From NCBI RefSeq assembly GCF_000400465.1, contig NW_008806278.1, positions 1-62,000 on the forward strand: a stretch of DNA of 62,000 bases. Direction: 5' to 3'. Made by a program: the position numbers and the translations under genes. Shown here piece by piece: positions 56,583-62,000 of the stretch. Below the pieces are notes generated by a model, which was not told the DNA's origin, did not search any database, and saw nothing but the letters and a program-made list of their open reading frames with translations. How positions within the stretch are numbered: the stretch's first letter is position 1; every line of letters starts with the position of its first letter. This DNA comes from Wallemia ichthyophaga EXF-994. Taxonomy: Eukaryota > Fungi > Basidiomycota.

Positions 56583-57458
56583 ATGTCATCATCATTGGAT
56601 ATAGCTTCCACCTACACTCTCCCAGCCGGGAACAATATCCCTGTACTCCAATTGGGCGTGTACAAGTCCCCAGCAGACGTTACGCACAGGAGTGTTCAGT
56701 CAGCCATCCAACTCGGTTACAGAGGCGTGGACACAGCGCAGTACTATGCAAATGAGTCTGAAGCCGGTTCTGCCATTAGAGAATCAGGCAAAAACATATT
56801 CATCACGTCGAAAATCATGGATTCAGCTGGCGATGTTGATGCCAATTACGCCAAATGCCTCGAGTCCGTAAACAAGATCAACGTCGGCGCTGTGGATCTC
56901 TTTCTCATCCACTCCCCACGCTACCCCAACGGCGCACAAGACCGCAAGGCTGTGTGGTTGGCGTTGGAGCGATTGGCCAAGGAGGGACGCGTCAAAGCGA
57001 TTGGCGTATCAAATTACGGCGTCAAGCATCTTAAAGAGCTAGAGGAGTATGCATCCCTTCCAATCAGCGTCAACCAGATTGAGCTCCATCCATGGAATCA
57101 AATGAACGATATCGTCACCTACTGCAAGCAAAAGGGGATAGTCGTTGAGGCTTACTGCCCTCTCGTGCGCGGCAGGAAGGCTGACGATGCGCATCTTGTG
57201 AAGATCGCTGAGCAGACTGGCAAATCTTGGGCTCAGGTGTTGGTGAGATGGTCACTTCAGAGAGGATTCGTTGTGCTGCCAAAGTGGGTGAATTAAATTC
57301 CAAGAGGCTTATTGACGTATTACAGGTCAGACAACGCAGATCGCCAGAAGCTCAACGCTGACGTCTTTGATTTCGAGTTGAGTGATGATCAAATGACGCT
57401 GCTTAATGGTTTAGATGCGGGTGAACACATTGCGCCATGTCCAATTGATTGTGATTAA
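56583..57458 (+). CDS. Aldo-keto reductase (1 intron)
   Basis: QLGVYK; GYRGVDTAQYYANE; FITSK; DLFLIHSP; IGVSNYG; NQIELHPW; QVLVRWSLQRGFVVLPKS. Confidence 0.93.
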
Positions 57459-57519
57459 ATTACCTGCCTGATGAATTCTGTATCTCTCCATTTCTCCATC
57501 TTCCATACCACCACCACCG

Positions 57520-60500
57520 ATGATCTCAATCGAAGACGATCTCGACGAGCGGCAAGGCAGGCAGTCCAATCCACAGCTGGAGCCATTCGACACGTTCCTC
57601 GATTTCGACTACACAGACGACGACACGCTGCCGAATGAGCTAAACGAATTCTACTCGTATGTCGACGTGCGCAGTGTGCTCGACAACAAGCACGAGTGGC
57701 AGGTTGGGGAGTGTGGCAGCTGGCGTGACAAGCCGCTTGACCACCGCCAATCACTCATAAAGGACCTTCTAAGCGCCATCAACGCCGATAAGCTGTCAGA
57801 GCGCTTGAGAGCATCGCGCAAGCTGCTTTATTTATTCCAAGGCACCTTTAGCGAAGCCCGTAACTCCAGGCATCAGCTAGAGTGCATTATTGATAACGTG
57901 CACCTGATTAGACTGTGCGGTGGTCTTCAGAGCGTTACTCAGGCACTGCAGGCCGCTGTCTCGTTCCATGCCGTCGTGCACTCCGAATACGCTCACCTCG
58001 CTGAACCTGATTTTGTCGAGCAGCTCAATATCGAACTTGGCGGTTACATGGAGATGCTTTACTACATGGTGCAGATACTGCGCGACGACAACTCGTTTGC
58101 TGAGGATCTGAGTGGGTGAGCGTGCTCATGTACACCTTTTCTAATTCCTCTCAAGTGCACCTCGATCCTTCTCTGCCCACTTATCTATTCAGCCTTCTGT
58201 CTGGCCTGCGCGATAAGACGGCCAAGGGCTATCCCGTGAAGAAGGTGCGTAGATGTGATATTCTTCAGTCACTTAATTACACACTAACACACAATAGCTC
58301 CTTTTGCTGCTCTGGAAGACACTCCTCGTCGTCCTCGGCGGCTGGAAAGATATCGACCGAATCAAAGAGCTCTCATACGACCTCTTTAGCTGCAGCCTTG
58401 CCACCAAAGACGACAACACGATCGTTAAGAGCAATCCAGTCGACCTGCAGCAGTTTTTCACACAGACTTCTCTCAAATACCCCACCTACAAGCCCAATGC
58501 GCAGCCACTACCACTCAACGGTCTCGCTCTAGCATCTGCACCAGCTCCGCTGAAAACGAGTGCTCCGAAACAAGATCTCCCTAGTGCGTTCGCCGTCGGT
58601 CCCACAGTTTCAGGTGGGAACTCTTCCAATATAAACACAGCAGCACCAGAAGCAATGCCAGGGACTCCCCTTCCCACTCCTCCACCGTCACCGGCGCCAG
58701 GCTCTAAACTTAAAAAGACACAGTTCCAAACTGATCAGACAAAGCCATTCATATTCCCCTTCTCAGAGAATACCTCATCGGTACCGACATCCATCGACGA
58801 AGCAGGACGACTGTATGCTGCGCATATGCACGTCCCCATATCACTCTGGCAGACGCATCAAATTCGCAAAGACTTTGTGCGCAGTCTGGGCTATACCAAC
58901 CGCTATGCTGAGATCGCTGAGGCGGAGGGGGAAAAAGGGAGTGAGAGCAATACGGGAGAGGATATAGGAGCACCTGTTGATGAATTTGACGCGTCATCCA
59001 TAGCCTCCCAACTACACCCCTACCTCCACGCCGACAACAGAGTGTACATGGCCAAACTGATGCGTATCGAAATGCTCTACCGCGAAATACTCCCCTACCT
59101 TCACAACTGCGTAATAGTACTGCTCAAGCTGCTCTTAGCCACGCTCAATTCGCAGAACACAACGCTGCACCACGATGGCGAGCACCCCTCCCTATCCCTC
59201 GACGAGATGGATGTTGCGCGCCATCGCGAGATAACGAGCAAGGCTGTGAGTGCTATTGTACTCCTTCTCCTCAAATGGTTCAAGGTGTCGCATGTGATGA
59301 AGTTCCAGTGGCTGTCTACACTCCTCGTAGACAGTAATTGCATCCTCCTCATGTTGAAAATGTATGGCTTCCAGGATGTCTTGAGTATGATGCGCACGCA
59401 ACATGAGGTGGAGGATCTCAATTTCTTCAACTATTGTGCGGCGAACGGCAAAAACAACGATAATGGGGCTATCAATAGCAACACTAACACCAGCATCCAT
59501 CCACCTCATCGCAAAGTGCCCTCCATCAATAGCAACGATGGTATACCAGATTTCGAAACTTTCGAGAAACCCGATACACGCAGCTATAGTTGGCGTAATC
59601 TGTTTGCGACTATCAACTTTATGCGCATTGTGCAGAAACTCAGCAAGAAGCGGACTCACAGGTTGTTGTTGCTGGTGCAGTACAAGAGTAGTGTAAGAGA
59701 TGGTATAATGAGACGGCTGTGTGGTTTTACTGACAATATGACCAACAGGCCATGCTGAAGCGGCTGTTACGCATCTCTGAGCCGCGCTTGCAGCTGTATG
59801 TGCTCAAAATTATTAAGGGACAGGTGCCATACTACGGACGTAAATGGAGACAGTGTGCGTGAAGTTGTTTTTTTTTTGCGGTGGCGTACAAACAAAACTA
59901 ACGTGCACACCGCCAGCTAATATGAAAGTCATTACCGCTATCTATCTCAATTGCAGACCTGAATTGAGAGACGAGTGGTTGGCTAGTGCGGATGTCGATC
60001 AGGAGATTGAGGATTCGCTGGTGGGTTGTGTTTAAATTGATGAGTCAAGCTGACACTAGTGCAAGCCCCAAGAGCAATCTTTGCGAGCATTTGTGAAATT
60101 CTGTGGGTGTAGCTAATGATAGGAGCTCAAAAACGTCTAACCACACATCAAGACAACGAGAAGTATTACAAGTAAGTATACATGACTTCTTACAATCACT
60201 ATCCTCAACTCACAATCCACACAAGCACACCCGGTGGACAGACACAGCACGTCGACGTAGATGCTGCACCAGCGAAGGAGAGGCGCTCGCATTCGCAATC
60301 GCAATCGCAGTCACACTCACACGAGAAAGCACACGAGGAATCGCCGTCACACCCGCACTCAGATGACGCCAAGGCAGATGATATCTACGACATGCACGAG
60401 TACGACGACATCATGGAGGATATATTGGGAGGAGTTGAGGGTGACTCGTTCGATGCGCAAGGTCTCGACCATGTGCTGAAGGAGCTCAACCTGCACCATC

Positions 60501-60981
60501 TCGAAAAAGGCTCGGATGCATGGCACAAGCTCAACACCTTCCTCGGGGTGGATCAGACTTACGAGGATGTGAGCGATAGCGAGAGGTGAGTGGAGAGTTG
60601 ATTTGGTTCTTATGTGCTGCAGCTATGCTAACGTGCCTTTACAGCGTTGTGTCAGTTGGTGATCTGGGATATAGGCGTGGTGGAGAAGAACAAGACGAGA
60701 ACGGTAAACACGGTGAGCGTGGAGAGCCTGGTGGAGAGGATGAAAGCGGTTCACAGAGGGGCTTGAACGACTGGGAACATATCAGCGCTCAAACCCTCTC
60801 TCAACTCCCTCCGTCGCCTAATCGAGCACTCAAGTCGCCGCAGAATGAATCCTCTCACCTCAATGAACACCCCGGCGAACAGGATCTCTCACCGCCGCCA
60901 GGTAGTCCGAAGCCATTGCCTTTTGCAGGCGGTGCCAATGGCATTGGGGTCGATGAGGTTGAGTTTTTGTATGGAGAGTGA
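57520..60981 (+). CDS. FAR11: STRIPAK subunit Far11/STRIP1 (N1221 and DUF3402 regions, multi-exon)
   Basis: FDYTDDDTLPNELNEFYSY; LLYLFQGTF; GYPVKK/LLLLLWKT; QTDQTKPFIFPF; VPTSIDEA; REITSKAVSAIVLLLLKWFKVSHVMKF; SWRNLFATINFMRIVQKLSK; LKIIKGQVPYYGRKWRQ. Confidence 0.92.
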
Positions 60982-61171
60982 AAGAAAAAGCGGGAGTGAT
61001 ATTTGAATGAGAATGAGAATGCCAGTGTGTACTTGTACAATTTCGAGTGATACTAAAGGTAACATCAAAATTTTGAGTGCCCGTCATTGTTCATGTGATT
61101 GTGTATTTGCGTAAAGGGTATATGTCAAGCTTAGTGTGTTATTTGTGTATTGTTTCCATTCTAGCCTTCTT

Positions 61172-61667
61172 CTATCCGAGATAAAACTCAATAAAAAGCA
61201 TGACGACAAAGAGAAGAAAGACAGTAGTGATCTTGGGACGTAGAAGCTCCTCGCCGGATTCTAGCTGGCGATTTACGGATACACTCCTTGTGTCTCCTAG
61301 TTGGTTCTCGCTGGGTTCCTCGCTACGTTCGACACACTCGTCGATAAGAAGATTGATATCCTTATTTGCATCAACCACCCACGCCTTATTACCATAGTCG
61401 TATGCCTTGCAACCATCATCGCACTCGATCAAGTCACTTGTGTTGTGCGCCACCAGACGCGAATTGTTAACGTAGAGCCCAGAAACTGGCACTGTGCGGT
61501 TGAAGCAGACTTGGTGTAATAGTTGCGTGCGCATTTCTCCGCAGTGCTTGATGACGTGATTTGATGATGGTTGATCGAATCGGCTTTATATGCACAATTT
61601 TAATTTCCTCAGGAACGCACAGTGTCAACAAGAAATGGATTCCCAGACGGTGTCTAGAGTGTGTCAT
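61172..61667 (-). CDS. Hypothetical protein with C-terminal hydrophobic segment (5' model tentative)
   Basis: 120-codon ORF ending ITTVFLLFVVMLFIEFYLG, possibly extended 5' through a 37-nt intron. I recognise no family. Confidence 0.3.
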
Positions 61668-61690
61668 GAGTGCATGGTATGGAATTCGAT

Positions 61691-61719
61691 AATGCAACAA
61701 TGCAACAATGCAACAATGC
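61691..61719. repeat. (AATGCAAC)x3.6 tandem repeat
   Basis: Read directly from the sequence. Confidence 0.9.
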
Positions 61720-61793
61720 GACATTGCCAGTGCAAATTTCCGCGATAACTTTAGAATTTTGCATGAGATTTGTACAGGGATAAATTACTAACA

Positions 61794-62000
61794 TTACTGC
61801 GATTCCGTTTGAGTCTGTGTATCAGATGGTGCTTTTTTGCTGTGATTGTATTAACAACGTACCAAAGCATCCAAACGACACTCACATATCGCCCTCCAAG
61901 AACTTATCCAATTCATCTTTTGTATGTTCGAAAGGACGTGGCCCAAGCAGATCAATCATGTCTTGTCTCGAAAGCACCTCCTTTATCAACAGCTTCTGTG
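61794..62000 (-). CDS. 3' end of an m-AAA protease subunit (Afg3/Yta12-like); the gene runs off the window
   Basis: [23 protein letters not shown] matches the C-terminal peptidase M41 motif LL.KEVL.R.DMI.LLGPRPF; one intron, then TAA at 61794-61796. Confidence 0.72.

Noticed and set aside
1-62000. Transposons, CRISPR arrays, rRNA or tRNA genes, secondary-metabolite cluster, horizontally acquired bacterial genes
   Set aside because: No transposase, RT, integrase, terminal repeats, regularly spaced arrays, cloverleaf folds or PKS/NRPS/terpene cores were seen. The intronless genes (ETF-QO, ERG3, ZIP-a) are typical fungal families.

Overview
Eukaryotic DNA from a very compact basidiomycete fungal genome: about 33 protein-coding genes in 62 kb, many ~45-55 nt GT-AG introns and very short intergenic spacers. 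The style resembles Wallemia; this is inference, not a database result. The supplied ORF track fragments most genes and often begins at GTG/TTG, so I rebuilt gene models by hand by splicing. Genes in order: LysM protein, VPS52, a conserved mitochondrial-type hypothetical, SCH9-like kinase, TFC1, NPY1, an F-box protein, two tandem GPI-type phospholipases B, a BCAS3-like propeller, pyruvate dehydrogenase kinase, a Zn2Cys6 factor, an Edc1/PNRC-like protein, GPD1, a small ORF, a multi-pass membrane protein, ETF-QO, MRPL16, MRP10, two ZIP zinc transporters plus a PRA1 zincophore, a P4-ATPase, a BEM3-like RhoGAP, HSK3, a Pol iota-like polymerase, ERG3, FAR10/SLMAP, a DUF3602 protein, a CFEM protein, a sulfotransferase-fold protein, an amino-acid permease, a PITH protein, an aldo-keto reductase, FAR11, a hypothetical, and the 3' end of an m-AAA protease. 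I saw no rRNA, tRNA, transposon or CRISPR array. I found no clearly new multi-gene system. The best leads are: (1) a three-gene PRA1-ZIP-ZIP zinc locus whose second ZIP is intronless and lacks the His-rich ectodomain segment; (2) divergent gene pairs with only 7-46 nt between start codons; (3) apparent gene-conversion mosaicism between the PLB paralogs; (4) a C-terminal PTS1-like signal on Gpd1.
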